A stretch of DNA of 64,000 bases from an uncultured Candidatus Saccharibacteria bacterium (GTDB lineage Bacteria > Patescibacteriota > Minisyncoccia > Phycocordibacterales > UBA9973), in NCBI GenBank assembly GCA_964563715.1, contig CAZLXA010000002.1:9467-73466 (forward strand), read 5' to 3'. Below the pieces are notes generated by a model, which was not told the origin of the DNA, did no database searches, and saw only the letters and a list, made by a program, of their open reading frames with translations. This document shows, piece by piece, positions 63,987-64,000 of this stretch. Both the position numbers and the translations under genes were made by a program. Each line of letters begins with the position of its first letter. The first letter of the stretch is position 1.

Positions 63987-64000
63987 TCTGGATTTACGAA

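Noticed and set aside
1-64000. Alternative genetic code (UGA recoding, as in Gracilibacteria/Absconditabacteria).
   Set aside because: Conserved genes (gyrA, typA, alaS, ftsZ, mnmA) are full length with no in-frame UGA. UGA also terminates several well-bounded ORFs, e.g. the recombinase.

Overview
AT-rich, gene-dense bacterial window. Its gene content looks like a small-genome Patescibacteria/CPR (Parcubacteria-like) organism; that placement is inference from content, since no rRNA is present. The genetic code appears standard, because conserved genes stay uninterrupted with UGA as stop. Housekeeping backbone: peroxiredoxin, pth, rpsA, gyrA, gpmA-like, a GlmU N-domain-like gene, trxB, ftsZ-ftsA-ybeY-rpsU, priA-like, mreB, holB, frr, rseP, typA, mltG, mnmA, mgtC and a short alaS. 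There are three tRNAs: Glu-UUC, Ser-CGA and Val-GAC. Accessory content, in order of how much a second look is worth: (1) A ~6.9 kb integrated island at the 3' end of tRNA-Glu, bounded by a perfect 15-bp direct repeat (14590-14604 / 21491-21505). It carries a large serine recombinase whose ORF runs through attL into the antisense tRNA. It also carries a tightly packed methyltransferase / PD-ExK endonuclease / HEPN(Rx5H) operon, an iteron-like GC-rich motif and several orphan genes. (2) Several hairpin-repeat families. One is an IS200/RAYT-like HUH gene flanked by, and interrupted in frame by, its own 27-bp hairpin. Another is a ~100-nt structured repeat in three copies, two of them flanking trxB, with compensatory stem changes around a conserved CTTGCTAG loop. 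GC-rich palindromes are also embedded in frame in conserved genes. (3) Five tandem two-helix TrbC/VirB2-like pilin paralogs with no secretion ATPase nearby. (4) A 2929-aa surface protein (SBBP repeats, two Asp-box propellers, DUF5011, 3 Calx-beta, 7 FN3-like) followed by a CheY-like receiver and a MacB/FtsX-type ABC pair. (5) A PriA homolog that has lost Walker A, Walker B and the motif VI arginines. (6) A terminal gene with a Bacteroidota-style T9SS C-terminal sorting domain, which does not fit the rest of the window. No CRISPR array, rRNA or prophage structural genes were seen. All functional calls rest on motif recognition by eye; no searches were run.
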